Source: an uncultured virus (IMG/VR IMGVR_UViG_3300008113_000017)
Lineage: Duplodnaviria > Heunggongvirae > Uroviricota > Caudoviricetes
Direction: 5' to 3' (one strand)
Length of the DNA stretch: 64,000 bases
Virus record (IMG/VR): IMGVR_UViG_3300008113_000017
The position numbers were made by a program, and so were the translations under genes. Of the stretch, positions 8,113 through 17,867 are shown piece after piece. The notes beneath the pieces are model-generated. The model was not told the DNA's origin, did no database searches, and saw only the letters and a program-made list of their open reading frames with translations. The stretch's first letter is position 1, and each line of letters begins with the position of its first letter.

Positions 8113-8475
8113 ATGAGCTGCTGCGGATCTTCTGATGTTTATAACATCACAATTACGCAAGGAGATACCCTTTCTCGAGTATTAACCTGGACTAACAATG
8201 CAAAAGTTCCCCACAATTTGACTGGGTATACAGCAAGAATGCAGGTTAGAGAGACCGTAACATCTCAAGATTTTTTGCTGGAGCTTACAACAGAAAACAG
8301 CAGAATAGCCCTCGGAGGAGCCCTTGGGACAATAACTTTATCTGTAGCTTCAAACATAACTGCTCAATTACTTCCAGGTCAGTACGTTTATGATTTAGAA
8401 CTTGTATCTGGAGGCGGACAAAAAACAACTCTTGTTGGTGGAAACTTTAAAGTAAAGGCTCAGGTAACTAGATAA
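8113..8475 (+). CDS. Virion Ig-like/baseplate-anchor-like protein
   Basis: YNITITQGDT...NLTGYTARMQVR...YVYDLELV...G.F.V..QVT pattern typical of fibre anchor proteins. Confidence 0.65.
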   Translation: MSCCGSSDVYNITITQGDTLSRVLTWTNNAKVPHNLTGYTARMQVRETVTSQDFLLELTTENSRIALGGALGTITLSVASNITAQLLPGQYVYDLELVSGGGQKTTLVGGNFKVKAQVTR

Positions 8476-9128
8476 TGTCCCCAGTATATGAAGATCTGCC
8501 AAATAAAATTTTTATTGACTCTTCAGATGTAAATAAAGTAACGATTGTTTCTGGCGGAGCTCAAGGTGCAACCGGCCCAACCGGGCCAGCTGGCCAAGGT
8601 GTTCCAGTAGGTGGAACTGCTGGACAATATTTAACAAAAATAGATTCAACTAATTACAACACTCAATGGACAAGCACTCCTACAGCTACAAGATGGTCTC
8701 CAACATTTGTAGCAACAGGTTTAACGTTTACTGGATCCGGTTCAACTTACCCAACTTATAATTCTTACTACGTAAAGTTTGGACAACTTGTTTCTTTTTG
8801 GATTCAAATCGATTTTACTACAGTAACCAACTTTGGTACTGGTCAGTTTAAAGTTGACATGCCATTTCCAGCACTAGCAACAGCATCAAATCACTTCTTT
8901 GGTTGGTTGTGGGCTAACCCAGCATTACCACCAGATGACCTAAACGGACATATTCAAATTGCAGCTGACCACATTGCTGGTTCATCAACGCTAGATTTTC
9001 ACTGGCTAATGGCAACAACCTCTAATCCTAAGCCAATTATTGAAACAATTTTGTCTCAGGGTAATCCAACAACACTTACAACTGTTAGTAGACTTTACGT
9101 TAACGGAACATATATTTCAGCAAGCTAA
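8475..9128 (+). CDS. Short tail fibre/spike-like protein with collagen triplets
   Basis: GAQGATGPTGPAGQG, GGTAGQYLTK..STNYNTQW, and a beta-rich C-terminal head domain. Confidence 0.7.
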   Translation: MSPVYEDLPNKIFIDSSDVNKVTIVSGGAQGATGPTGPAGQGVPVGGTAGQYLTKIDSTNYNTQWTSTPTATRWSPTFVATGLTFTGSGSTYPTYNSYYVKFGQLVSFWIQIDFTTVTNFGTGQFKVDMPFPALATASNHFFGWLWANPALPPDDLNGHIQIAADHIAGSSTLDFHWLMATTSNPKPIIETILSQGNPTTLTTVSRLYVNGTYISAS

Positions 9129-9141
9129 GATACAGGTATAG

Positions 9142-9270
9142 ATGTATAAAATAGTGACTATTACAGAAGACGGTGTAGAGATCTACGTCGTAATCAACAA
9201 CATAAACAAAAGAGAAGTTGCTAGATATAATACATATCAAGAAGCAGTTTTGGATGTAACATCCAGATAA
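9142..9270 (+). CDS. Small hypothetical protein (42 aa)
   Basis: Hand-translated MYKIVTITEDGVEIYVVINNINKREVARYNTYQEAVLDVTSR; AGGT RBS. Confidence 0.5.
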   Translation: MYKIVTITEDGVEIYVVINNINKREVARYNTYQEAVLDVTSR

Positions 9271-9345
9271 ACACACTAAAAAGTGTGTACAATAAAGATG
9301 TGTAGAAATACATATCATTTCCAATTACAAAATTAAGGATTACAA

Positions 9346-9546
9346 ATGTCAGAAAATGAAAACCAAATTGAAGTGCTTGGCAGCGTTATCAATATCACCC
9401 GCGATCAGCTAAACAGAGCTATGGCTCTAAACGCAGAACTAGAAGCAATTCTTACAGTAGAACGTAAGCAGAAGCAGGAACTAGAAGCTAAAGTTGCTGA
9501 ACTAGAAGCACAACTATCAGGTAAATCTTCTAAAACAAAAGAGTAG
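9346..9546 (+). CDS. Coiled-coil protein
   Basis: Heptad-rich ORF; TAAGGA RBS; GTG-TACAAT promoter upstream. Confidence 0.7.
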   Translation: MSENENQIEVLGSVINITRDQLNRAMALNAELEAILTVERKQKQELEAKVAELEAQLSGKSSKTKE

Positions 9547-9548
9547 TC

Positions 9549-10025
9549 ATGTTTGAATTTGAAGTTAAAGATGGAGCAAGAACGCTCCAATTTAACGGCA
9601 AGCTACTTGGAGAATCTACATCTTTCAAACGTGGATCTACCAGATGGATTGAATTCAAACTTTACATGACAGAGAGCGGATCTTACGTATTATCTCGTAC
9701 AGGTGTTTCTCTTGTTTACCATGGTGCTGCTTGTCAGCTAGTTAGAAACTATAATCTCCACGAACTTCCGTTTAATAAACTTGTCCCGGGCAGTATTCCC
9801 TGCGATCGGTGCTATCCTACGGAAGAAGCAGATCTAGTTTTTCCTGAAAAACATCGCCACTGGGCACAAGTCAGCGACAACCCGGCTGCTATACTTGAAG
9901 CACTGTATAAGTACGATGATCATGGATCTAAATATTTAACAGGAGTAGCCCAGCGTCTTTTGGAATCAGCTGGAAAGCAAGATTCCGGAATACAATCGGT
10001 ATACAATTACGAGATAATTCCTTAG
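9549..10025 (+). CDS. Hypothetical protein with possible Zn site
   Basis: H-x3-C ... C-x2-C; operonic spacing. Confidence 0.7.
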   Translation: MFEFEVKDGARTLQFNGKLLGESTSFKRGSTRWIEFKLYMTESGSYVLSRTGVSLVYHGAACQLVRNYNLHELPFNKLVPGSIPCDRCYPTEEADLVFPEKHRHWAQVSDNPAAILEALYKYDDHGSKYLTGVAQRLLESAGKQDSGIQSVYNYEIIP

Positions 10026-10027
10026 AT

Positions 10028-10321
10028 ATGGAGGCTGACATGGAAGACCAAAACAACGAAAGTCAGCCGCCCATCTTGTTTGATGAAAGTTCATTACCAA
10101 CTGCTCTAGATGTAGCTGCAATTCAAGTACACGAAATCTATTTAGCATTTCAAAACTCTGGATTTACTAAAAAAGAAGCATTAGAGTTAGTTGGGTTTAT
10201 TGTAGCCGCTTCTGGTATCATGGAACCCACCCAATATGATCCTCTAGATGATCTTGACAAAGAACCAAAATCTAGAGATAATTTTGATGATGACGATGAT
10301 TTTGGAGAGCCCATTTTCTAA
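10028..10321 (+). CDS. Acidic hypothetical protein
   Basis: HEIY.AF..SGFT..EALEL motif; may start at the second Met after GGAGG. Confidence 0.7.
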   Translation: MEADMEDQNNESQPPILFDESSLPTALDVAAIQVHEIYLAFQNSGFTKKEALELVGFIVAASGIMEPTQYDPLDDLDKEPKSRDNFDDDDDFGEPIF

Positions 10322-10354
10322 TCATCTAAAACACACAACGACAAAAGGAATAAT

Positions 10355-12172
10355 TTGAGTTTAGACAACGTAAAGCTGCATCTTGTAAAAGATGTGCAGA
10401 CAGCTCAAGACTTTTTAACCTGGCTTGGTGAACGTCGCCCGTACAACGCTATTGCAATCGATACTGAAACCGGCGAGCTTCCAGGACGTCCACATAAAGA
10501 TGCCTTATCACCTTGGCATGGAAAACTCCGCCTTGTACAAGTTGGAGATGGTGAGCAAGGTTGGTCTATTCCTTGGGATGAATGGTCCGGTGTTTTTTAT
10601 GAAGGCATGGACAGATTCGACGGCCAAATTGTTTGTCACAACGTAGCCTTTGAAGCTAGATGGTTTGAAATTCAATCAAAATGGGGAATCCCATGGCACC
10701 GTACCCACGACACCATGATTATGGCTCAGATTATTGATCCACTAGGATCCGGTGCGCTTAAAAAACTTACACAGCAATATGTAGACAGAAAGGCAGCTGG
10801 CTTACAGGCCCACCTCGATCAGTCTTTAGTTGCAAATGGTTGGACCTGGGGAACCGTACCTACAAACTTTGAACCTTACTGGGCCTATGGTGCTTTAGAT
10901 ACTGTGCTTACCATGCGTTTGTTTGAGCTGTTCTGGGAAAAGTGTGGTCCAGGTGGAATTTACAGCATTCCTTATGAGCTAGAAATGGCTGCTAGAAAAG
11001 TTGTAACCCGTATGGAAATCAATGGCGCACGTGTAGATCTTGACTACTCACAAAAAAAGTTTGATGAACTAAACGAGTATGGCCAGTCTGTAAGAGACTG
11101 GGCTAAAGAAACCTACAACGGTTTGATGATTACAAGCAACATACAGCTAGTTCGTCAGTTTGAGTCAATGGGTTTCGAGATTACCGAAACAACAAATAGC
11201 GGACAAAAATCCGCTTCAAAAGAGCAGCTAATGCTAATTGTTCGTGACGGCGACCCGGGACAGCGTGCTTTGGCGGAAGCTGTATTGCAACAGCGTAAAG
11301 CCGACAAACTAGCTAACACATATTTTAAAAACTTCTTAGAAGGAAATATCAATGGCATCGTGCATCCATCTGTAAAAACTCTTGGAGCTAGAACTGGTCG
11401 TATGTCTATTACAGATCCGGCACTACAAACCCTTCCATCTGGCGATGCAACCGTACGTCGTGCATTTATTCCTAAAGATGAAGATCATGTAATTATTTCT
11501 TCTGACCTCGACCAAGTTGAATTCCGCCTAACTGCAAACTTTAGTGAAGACCAACAACTAATTGATCTTTTCAATGAAGCCGATCGTGTTGGCGGAGACG
11601 TATTTACATCAATCATGCAACAGGTGTACCAGGACAACACTCTACAAAAATCTGATCCAAGACGTAAACTTATTAAGGGTGTAGTCTATGGAAAACTTTA
11701 TGGAGCTGGTGTATCCAAGATGGCACTTACTGCTGGAGTACCAGACCATCAAATGAAAGAAGTAGTCGACGCGTTTGACAGAAGCTACCCTGGAGTAAAA
11801 ATGATGCAGATGCAAATTGAAGACTTAGGTATGCGCAGGCTTAGAGATGAAGGTACAGGTTACGTAAAGACCCGAACCGGGCGCCGCCTACCATGTGACG
11901 ACGAGCGCGTTTACTCACTGACTAACTACTTAATTCAAGCAAGTGCTGCAGAGATCTTTAAGCAAAATCTGGTAAAACTAGATCAAGCAGATTTGACCGA
12001 GTATCTAATTGTTCCAGTACATGACGAAATTGTTTTGCAAGCCCCCCGGTCTGAAGCAACAGAAATTATGGAGACAGTTAGAGAGTGCATGACCACCCGT
12101 GATGGCTGGCAAGTCCCCCTTACAGCTGGAGTAGACGGACCGTTTAATAACTGGGGAGAAAAGTATGAGTAG
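10355..12172 (+). CDS. polA: Family A DNA polymerase with 3'-5' exonuclease
   Basis: AIDTET, HNVAFE, YGALD, RTGRMS, DLDQVEFR, K...YGKLYG, NYLIQ and VHDE motifs. Confidence 0.95.
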   Translation: MSLDNVKLHLVKDVQTAQDFLTWLGERRPYNAIAIDTETGELPGRPHKDALSPWHGKLRLVQVGDGEQGWSIPWDEWSGVFYEGMDRFDGQIVCHNVAFEARWFEIQSKWGIPWHRTHDTMIMAQIIDPLGSGALKKLTQQYVDRKAAGLQAHLDQSLVANGWTWGTVPTNFEPYWAYGALDTVLTMRLFELFWEKCGPGGIYSIPYELEMAARKVVTRMEINGARVDLDYSQKKFDELNEYGQSVRDWAKETYNGLMITSNIQLVRQFESMGFEITETTNSGQKSASKEQLMLIVRDGDPGQRALAEAVLQQRKADKLANTYFKNFLEGNINGIVHPSVKTLGARTGRMSITDPALQTLPSGDATVRRAFIPKDEDHVIISSDLDQVEFRLTANFSEDQQLIDLFNEADRVGGDVFTSIMQQVYQDNTLQKSDPRRKLIKGVVYGKLYGAGVSKMALTAGVPDHQMKEVVDAFDRSYPGVKMMQMQIEDLGMRRLRDEGTGYVKTRTGRRLPCDDERVYSLTNYLIQASAAEIFKQNLVKLDQADLTEYLIVPVHDEIVLQAPRSEATEIMETVRECMTTRDGWQVPLTAGVDGPFNNWGEKYE

Positions 12173-12635
12173 ATTAATTTTGGCAGTAGACCCTGGAAAA
12201 GCCAGTGGAGTTTGTCTTTTTAGCTGGGATGAAGGTGAAGAACCAAAAATGTTGTGGTCTGGAGAATACCAACAGCATGAGTACGCAGATCCAATTCGTA
12301 GAGCTTTTTTGTATGCTAGAGGCACAAACAACAGGCTAGAAGTAGTCTGCGAAAGATTTACAATAAACGCACAGACAGTTAAGAACTCACAGGCTCCGTA
12401 TTCGCTAGAGCAAATCGGAATCTTAAAACAAATAATGATGGACTACGGAAGAGACCCATATGACATATATTTTCAATCGCCAGCCGACGCTAAGGCAATG
12501 TTTACCAATGACAAGATTCGAACACTCGAATACTGGCACCGAGGCGGAGAAGGACACGCCCTTGACGCAATCCGACACGCCCTCCTCAGACTAGTCAAAA
12601 GTGGCTGGAAACCTGTAAAATTGCTGCAAAGTTAA
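12165..12635 (+). CDS. RuvC-like Holliday junction resolvase
   Basis: ILAVDPGKASG, VVCERF and HALDAIRHA motifs. Confidence 0.8.
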   Translation: MSRLILAVDPGKASGVCLFSWDEGEEPKMLWSGEYQQHEYADPIRRAFLYARGTNNRLEVVCERFTINAQTVKNSQAPYSLEQIGILKQIMMDYGRDPYDIYFQSPADAKAMFTNDKIRTLEYWHRGGEGHALDAIRHALLRLVKSGWKPVKLLQS

Positions 12636-12637
12636 AG

Positions 12638-12684
12638 ATACTAGCAAAAAATTTAAAAATAAAACTAAAAATCTGTGCTAGTAT
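12638..12684. promoter_or_regulatory. Inverted pair ATACTAGCA / TGCTAGTAT (back-to-back extended -10 boxes or operator)
   Basis: 9-bp inverted repeat around a 29-bp A-rich spacer upstream of the helicase. Confidence 0.5.
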
Positions 12685-12711
12685 GTATACACAAAGACAA
12701 AAGGAATAAAT

Positions 12712-14520
12712 ATGCCAGTAAATGTTGAGCTGAACGACTCCGGCTCTCATATCGCAATCTATACAGATTGGCGATTCAAAGAACTATGTAAGAGCATTCC
12801 AGGAGCAACCTGGGATCCAAAAGACCAAGTATGGAAATTACCAGTATCCTGGACAGCCTGCTTAGCTCTTAGATCTACATTTAGAGAAGATCTAATCATT
12901 GGCCCACGTCTAACAGAGTGGGCAAACCAAGAACGAGCAAATAGGGTTGACCCGGCAAACGAACTTCGTGATTTAGAATTTTTGCCAGACGGTGAGGGAG
13001 ATGAAGATCTATTCCCACATCAAAGAGCTGGTGTTAAATTTCTGTCCACCGCAAAGCGAGCACTACTTGCAGACGAACCAGGTCTTGGTAAGACGGCTCA
13101 GGCAATTCGCGCTTTAAAAGCATTACAAGATAAAGGTGAAGCAGTATTTCCAGCCCTAATTGTTTGCCCGAATACTCTTAAAAAGAACTGGATGCGTGAG
13201 TTTGCTAAGTGGTGGCCAGGAGTAAATGTGCAAGTTATTTCTGGAACAGCTACACAGCGTCGTAAACAATTTGAAGAGCAAGCAGATGTGTATGTAATTA
13301 ACTGGGAGTCACTTCGTTCTCACTCGCGCTTATCTGGCTACGGATCAATTGCACTAGCTAGATGCAAAGAGTGTGGGGGGCACGATGAAAGAGTCACTGA
13401 AACTAGATGCGAAGTCCACTTGCGTGAACTAAACAATATTGATTTCAAAGCAGTAGTTGCAGATGAGATGCACAGATCAAAAGAACCAAAGTCTAAGCAG
13501 ACTCGTGCACTTTGGGCTGCTACTGGAGATGCAGATATTCGTTTTGCTCTCACCGGAACTCCTATTGCAAATAACGTCATCGATCTGTGGCCAATTCTTC
13601 ACTGGATTTCTCCAGATGAATGGCCAAGTAAGACTCGCTGGATTGACCGAATGGTTAACACAATGATTAATGCTTTTGGTGGAATGATGGTGCTTGGATT
13701 AAAAGCTCATATGGAGCAAGAGTTTCACGCTACTATCAATCCTCGTATGCGTAGAATGCTAAAAGCTAAAGTTTTGCCCTGGCTACCAGAAATGATGTTT
13801 GAACGCCGTGATGTAGAAATGTCTACAAAGCAAAAGAAAGCTTACGAGCAAATGCGTGACAACATGATTGCTGAGCTCGAGTTTGGTGACTCAGTAGTTG
13901 CACCAAGTGTTTTGACTCAGGCAGTTAGATTGCACCAATTTGCCAGCTCTTTTGCTGAATCTAGCGTTGATGAATCTACCGGAGAAACAGTTATTACTTT
14001 GTCAGAGCCATCCTGTAAGGTAGATGCTCTGATGGATGACATTAAAGAAGGTGACTTTGGCGAGGACTCAATTGCAGTATGTGCTGTATCGCGTCAGCTA
14101 ATCGATCTATTAAGTGCAAGATTGACTAAAGAAGGCATTCCACATGGATTAATTACCGGAGCACAAACAGGTGAGCAACGCCAGCAAGCAATTGATGATT
14201 TCCAATCTGGTAAGACTAAATGGATTTTATTTACTGCCCAGGCTGGTGGAGTTGGTGTCACCTTGACAGCTGCAAGAAGACTTGTTATGCTACAAAGACC
14301 GTGGTCTCTTGTGGATCACAAACAAGCTTTGGATCGTATTCACAGAATCGGTTCAGAGATTCACGATTCTGTAATCATCATTGATTACGTAACCGAAGGA
14401 ACTATCGAAGAACGAGTAATTCAAGTTCTAGAGACAAAAGCTGACAACTTTGAGCAAATTGTAAAAGATAAAGATAAGCTTCTACAGTTGCTAAAAGACG
14501 ATAAGAAAGGTATTCTGTAA
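12712..14520 (+). CDS. SNF2-family helicase with HARP-like N-terminus and Zn-binding insert
   Basis: LADEPGLGKT, DEMH, LTGTP, GGVGVTLT and QALDRIHRIG motifs; CKEC..H...CEVH insert. Confidence 0.93.
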   Translation: MPVNVELNDSGSHIAIYTDWRFKELCKSIPGATWDPKDQVWKLPVSWTACLALRSTFREDLIIGPRLTEWANQERANRVDPANELRDLEFLPDGEGDEDLFPHQRAGVKFLSTAKRALLADEPGLGKTAQAIRALKALQDKGEAVFPALIVCPNTLKKNWMREFAKWWPGVNVQVISGTATQRRKQFEEQADVYVINWESLRSHSRLSGYGSIALARCKECGGHDERVTETRCEVHLRELNNIDFKAVVADEMHRSKEPKSKQTRALWAATGDADIRFALTGTPIANNVIDLWPILHWISPDEWPSKTRWIDRMVNTMINAFGGMMVLGLKAHMEQEFHATINPRMRRMLKAKVLPWLPEMMFERRDVEMSTKQKKAYEQMRDNMIAELEFGDSVVAPSVLTQAVRLHQFASSFAESSVDESTGETVITLSEPSCKVDALMDDIKEGDFGEDSIAVCAVSRQLIDLLSARLTKEGIPHGLITGAQTGEQRQQAIDDFQSGKTKWILFTAQAGGVGVTLTAARRLVMLQRPWSLVDHKQALDRIHRIGSEIHDSVIIIDYVTEGTIEERVIQVLETKADNFEQIVKDKDKLLQLLKDDKKGIL

Positions 14521-14522
14521 CC

Positions 14523-15470
14523 ATGACAGAAGACAACACCAACCAACCGTACCGTCTTTCTAATTCAGAAATTCAGGTATTTAAAGATTGCCGACGTAAG
14601 TGGTGGCTAAACTACTATCGCCGTCTACAGCCAAAACTATCTCAATACACCGGAGCACTTGCTCTAGGATCACGTATCCACGAAGCTTTGGATCAGTATT
14701 ATTCACAAAATATTCCGCTACTAGATGCTCACTCTGCACTGGTTAAAAAAGATATGGATGCACTTGTAGCTGAGTTTAGAGACACTTCAGATTTAGAAGC
14801 AGAAGCAGAACTAGGTCGTATCATGCTCGAAGGATACCTAGAATGGGTAGAACTTGAAGGTATCGATGCTGAACTAGAAATGATTTCTACTGAAGAAATT
14901 ATTGAGATGCCAATGTTTGATGGAGAAGTTATTCTTCAAGGAAAACTAGACATGCGTGTAAAGCGTAAGATCGATGGTGTTCGTATGTTCCGTGACTTCA
15001 AGACTGTTGGTGGATCATTTGCTGACTTTGCTAACCAGGCACAAATGAATGAACAGATTCTTACCTACATGCTTTTGGAACACGCCCAGAATAAAGAACC
15101 AGAAGAGCGTGCCGAAGGTGGTATCTTTACTATGCTAAAGAAAGTAAAGCGTACTGCTAATGCAAAACCACCGTTCTATGAGCAGATTGAAGTTCGTCAC
15201 AATGTATTTACCATGCGTTCCTTTTGGCAACGTATTCATGGTACAGTTACAGATCTGATGAACACCAAGAAAGCTTTAGATGCCGGTGCAGATCCTAATT
15301 TTGTCGCTTATCCACGTCCTACCAAGGACTGCAAGTGGAAGTGCCAGTTCTACACTATCTGCCCTATGATTGATGACGGTTCATCAGCTGAAGCAGCTAT
15401 TGCAGATATGTATGAGGTTTCCGACCCATACGGTTATTACAACACACAAGAAAAGAAAGGTAGTGAGTAA
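14523..15470 (+). CDS. PD-(D/E)XK Cas4/RecB-like exonuclease
   Basis: FKDCRRKW, LGSRIHEAL, GKLD, RDFKT and C-x3-C-x5-C motifs. Confidence 0.9.
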   Translation: MTEDNTNQPYRLSNSEIQVFKDCRRKWWLNYYRRLQPKLSQYTGALALGSRIHEALDQYYSQNIPLLDAHSALVKKDMDALVAEFRDTSDLEAEAELGRIMLEGYLEWVELEGIDAELEMISTEEIIEMPMFDGEVILQGKLDMRVKRKIDGVRMFRDFKTVGGSFADFANQAQMNEQILTYMLLEHAQNKEPEERAEGGIFTMLKKVKRTANAKPPFYEQIEVRHNVFTMRSFWQRIHGTVTDLMNTKKALDAGADPNFVAYPRPTKDCKWKCQFYTICPMIDDGSSAEAAIADMYEVSDPYGYYNTQEKKGSE

Positions 15471-15471
15471 A

Positions 15472-16233
15472 TTGTCAGATGTACAACGCTCTCTCACTCT
15501 TATGGTCTATGGCGAGTCTAAGGTTGGTAAATCAACCTTTGCAGTCACAGCACCATATCCTCGTCTAATGCTTGACGTCGAAGGTGGCCACCGCTTCCTC
15601 CCGATTACAGTCAAGTATTGGGATCCAATGCGGGAAGAACCTCCTGTTGCGGACGGAACCTGGGACACTGTCGTAGTGCCAGTACGCGATTACGACGTAG
15701 TTCTAAAAGCTTTCCAGTGGCTACAAGCTGGTAAGCACCAGTTCAAGTCCTTAATCATCGACTCGATTTCTGAGTTGCAGGTTAAGTGCATGGACAACAT
15801 CGCTGGTACAGAGCAGATGAAAATGCAGCAGTGGGGCGAATTGCTTCGCCACATGGGTGCACTACTTCGTGATTTGCGTGACCTAACGATGCACCCTACT
15901 CAGCCTCTCGAGGCCGTAGTTCTAACAGCAATGGCTCGTTCAGATCAGAATGGACACATGAAGCCTTACTTGCAAGGTCAACTTGCAGTCCAGGCTCCAT
16001 ACTTCTATGATGTTCTTGGTGCTATTGCGTTGGAAAGCATTCCTAATCCTGATCCAACTCAGCCTGCATACAAAGCTCGTCGCATGTATGTCGAGCGTAC
16101 TGAAAAGTACGATGCTGGCGAACGCGTTCAGGGTCGTCTTGGCTCAATCGTTGAGCAAGGAGATCTTGGTGTTGAGCGTATGCTTGACATCATCTTTGGC
16201 CCAAAAGCCACAACAAACAAATCAACTAACTAG
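15472..16233 (+). CDS. AAA ATPase (Sak4/AAA_24-like recombination protein)
   Basis: YGESKVGKST, LDVEGG and IIDSISE motifs; TTG start after AAAGG. Confidence 0.85.
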   Translation: MSDVQRSLTLMVYGESKVGKSTFAVTAPYPRLMLDVEGGHRFLPITVKYWDPMREEPPVADGTWDTVVVPVRDYDVVLKAFQWLQAGKHQFKSLIIDSISELQVKCMDNIAGTEQMKMQQWGELLRHMGALLRDLRDLTMHPTQPLEAVVLTAMARSDQNGHMKPYLQGQLAVQAPYFYDVLGAIALESIPNPDPTQPAYKARRMYVERTEKYDAGERVQGRLGSIVEQGDLGVERMLDIIFGPKATTNKSTN

Positions 16234-16252
16234 TTAGAAAGGTATTCCTAAT

Positions 16253-16774
16253 ATGAGTACGACAAACTGGGCTGACATTGTAAAGCTTGCTGGAGAATCA
16301 GCAAGTGGAAACTATGAGCCACTACCAGACGGCGACTACGACCTAAAGGTTGTAGAAGCCACCGCCACTACTGCTTCAACTGGACGTAAGATGTTCAAGA
16401 TTAAGGCAGAAGTTCAAAACGGTGCTTACGCTAAGCGCCTTGTTTGGGACAACCTTGTTGTTGTTCTTGACAACCCTAAGGCTCTTGGAGCTTTCTTTTC
16501 TAAGATGGCTGCTCTAGGTCTGCCACAGACATACTTCACTCCTGATCGCACCGACGCTCAAATTGAAGATGCTCTTCGTGGTGCACACTTCCGCGTAACT
16601 CTTGGAAGAAAGACTTACAACGGAAACGTTAGTAACGAGATCAAGAAGTACCACCGTATCGCTACTGCAAACGTAGACACCGTCTCAACAACTGCCGGTG
16701 CTGCTATTCCACAGGCTGCTCCGGCTCCTGCCCCCGCTCCAGCCCCGGCTCCTGCCCCTGGCGCACCGTTCTAA
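16253..16774 (+). CDS. Single-stranded DNA-binding protein (DUF669-like)
   Basis: YEPLPDGDY.LKV and VWDNLV motifs, (PA)n tail ending in PF; follows the Sak4-like gene. Confidence 0.8.
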   Translation: MSTTNWADIVKLAGESASGNYEPLPDGDYDLKVVEATATTASTGRKMFKIKAEVQNGAYAKRLVWDNLVVVLDNPKALGAFFSKMAALGLPQTYFTPDRTDAQIEDALRGAHFRVTLGRKTYNGNVSNEIKKYHRIATANVDTVSTTAGAAIPQAAPAPAPAPAPAPAPGAPF

Positions 16775-16790
16775 AAACTGATTTACGTTG

Positions 16791-16816
16791 GGGCATCACA
16801 TTAATTTGTGATGCCC
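16791..16816 (+). terminator. Strong hairpin after SSB (terminator or stabiliser)
   Basis: GGGCATCACA-TTAATT-TGTGATGCCC, with no clear U tract. Confidence 0.5.
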
Positions 16817-16838
16817 TACCGTATGTCTTTGGAGATTT

Positions 16839-17867
16839 ATGAGCAAAATTTTATTAACAGGTATGTCTGCTTCACAGGCATCAGAGTCGGCAAATAATAG
16901 ATCTCTTGCATTTGCTGGAGTTCTTAATAAAGTTTTAGTGGAACTTGGACATTCTGTTGATTGGATTGATCCAGACATTAATTTCAGTTTTGAGGAACTA
17001 AACAGCTATGACTCCATATTAGTAGGAATTTCTCCAATAACAAGTCTTGCAGCTAACAGAACATATGGAGCACTCCACATTATTGATTTAATGTGGGACT
17101 CTCCAAAATTAAAGTTTTTTATTGATGCACCACAAGTAAATCAAATTACATTTAGCATCAACTCAATAAAGTCTAATCAAGATTCTTTTACTAAATCATT
17201 TTTCTCTTACAGAAAAGACTATAAAAAAGTAGTATCTGACGAAGATCTAAAACTAAGACTTTTACAGTGCGTAGATAAACTAGCAAACGACACCTGGCCA
17301 TCAGTCATATACCCATCATTACCATGGTCAGATTCTGCAAATATAAAAAAGCTATTACCAATCAACGTATCTAATCTTTTTGCAATCAACCTAGATTCTT
17401 TTCTATTTGAAGAAATTCCATTTAATGACCAGCGTCGAGATAAATGGGTTGTAGATACCTATAAAACAGACTGGGCAAAGTCAACAATTAAGACTTTAGT
17501 ATTTCCAAACTTTTCCATGAAATGGAATAAAGGTGTCACTGATGATCAAGTTTTTGACCAAATCTCTAGATCATCTGGAGTCCTAATTACTCCATATAAA
17601 AAAGATGGCACATGGTGGTCATATAGATATGTTCAAGCCCTAAACGCCCTTACACCTATTGCAACAGAATGGAAAGAGTCTATTAAACTTGGACAAGAGT
17701 GGGCGATTTTGGCGGCTAACATTGAAGATATGTCCCAAGAAACAAGAAAATTACTGGCTATGGCTCAAAAAGATCTATACGTGGGAGCTGTACCGGAAAA
17801 AGAAAGAGCAAAATCAATCCTAGAATCGATGCTAGGACTAGTTAAAACTGAGGAGAATAATGAGTAA
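16839..17867 (+). CDS. Putative GT-B-like glycosyltransferase
   Basis: MSKILLTG start, L.ELGHSVDW, and C-terminal GVLITPY...WWSYRYVQAL...TPI resembling the GT-B donor-binding segment. Confidence 0.45.
   Translation: MSKILLTGMSASQASESANNRSLAFAGVLNKVLVELGHSVDWIDPDINFSFEELNSYDSILVGISPITSLAANRTYGALHIIDLMWDSPKLKFFIDAPQVNQITFSINSIKSNQDSFTKSFFSYRKDYKKVVSDEDLKLRLLQCVDKLANDTWPSVIYPSLPWSDSANIKKLLPINVSNLFAINLDSFLFEEIPFNDQRRDKWVVDTYKTDWAKSTIKTLVFPNFSMKWNKGVTDDQVFDQISRSSGVLITPYKKDGTWWSYRYVQALNALTPIATEWKESIKLGQEWAILAANIEDMSQETRKLLAMAQKDLYVGAVPEKERAKSILESMLGLVKTEENNE

Noticed and set aside
12554..12582. GACACGCC repeated twice
   Set aside because: Explained by the His-Ala codons in GHAL/RHAL of the resolvase
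14523..15470. Cas4-like nuclease as evidence of CRISPR-Cas
   Set aside because: No array or other cas genes; standard phage exonuclease-ATPase-SSB recombination context
16714..16760. GC-rich 6-bp periodic repeat
   Set aside because: Encodes the (PA)n linker of the SSB
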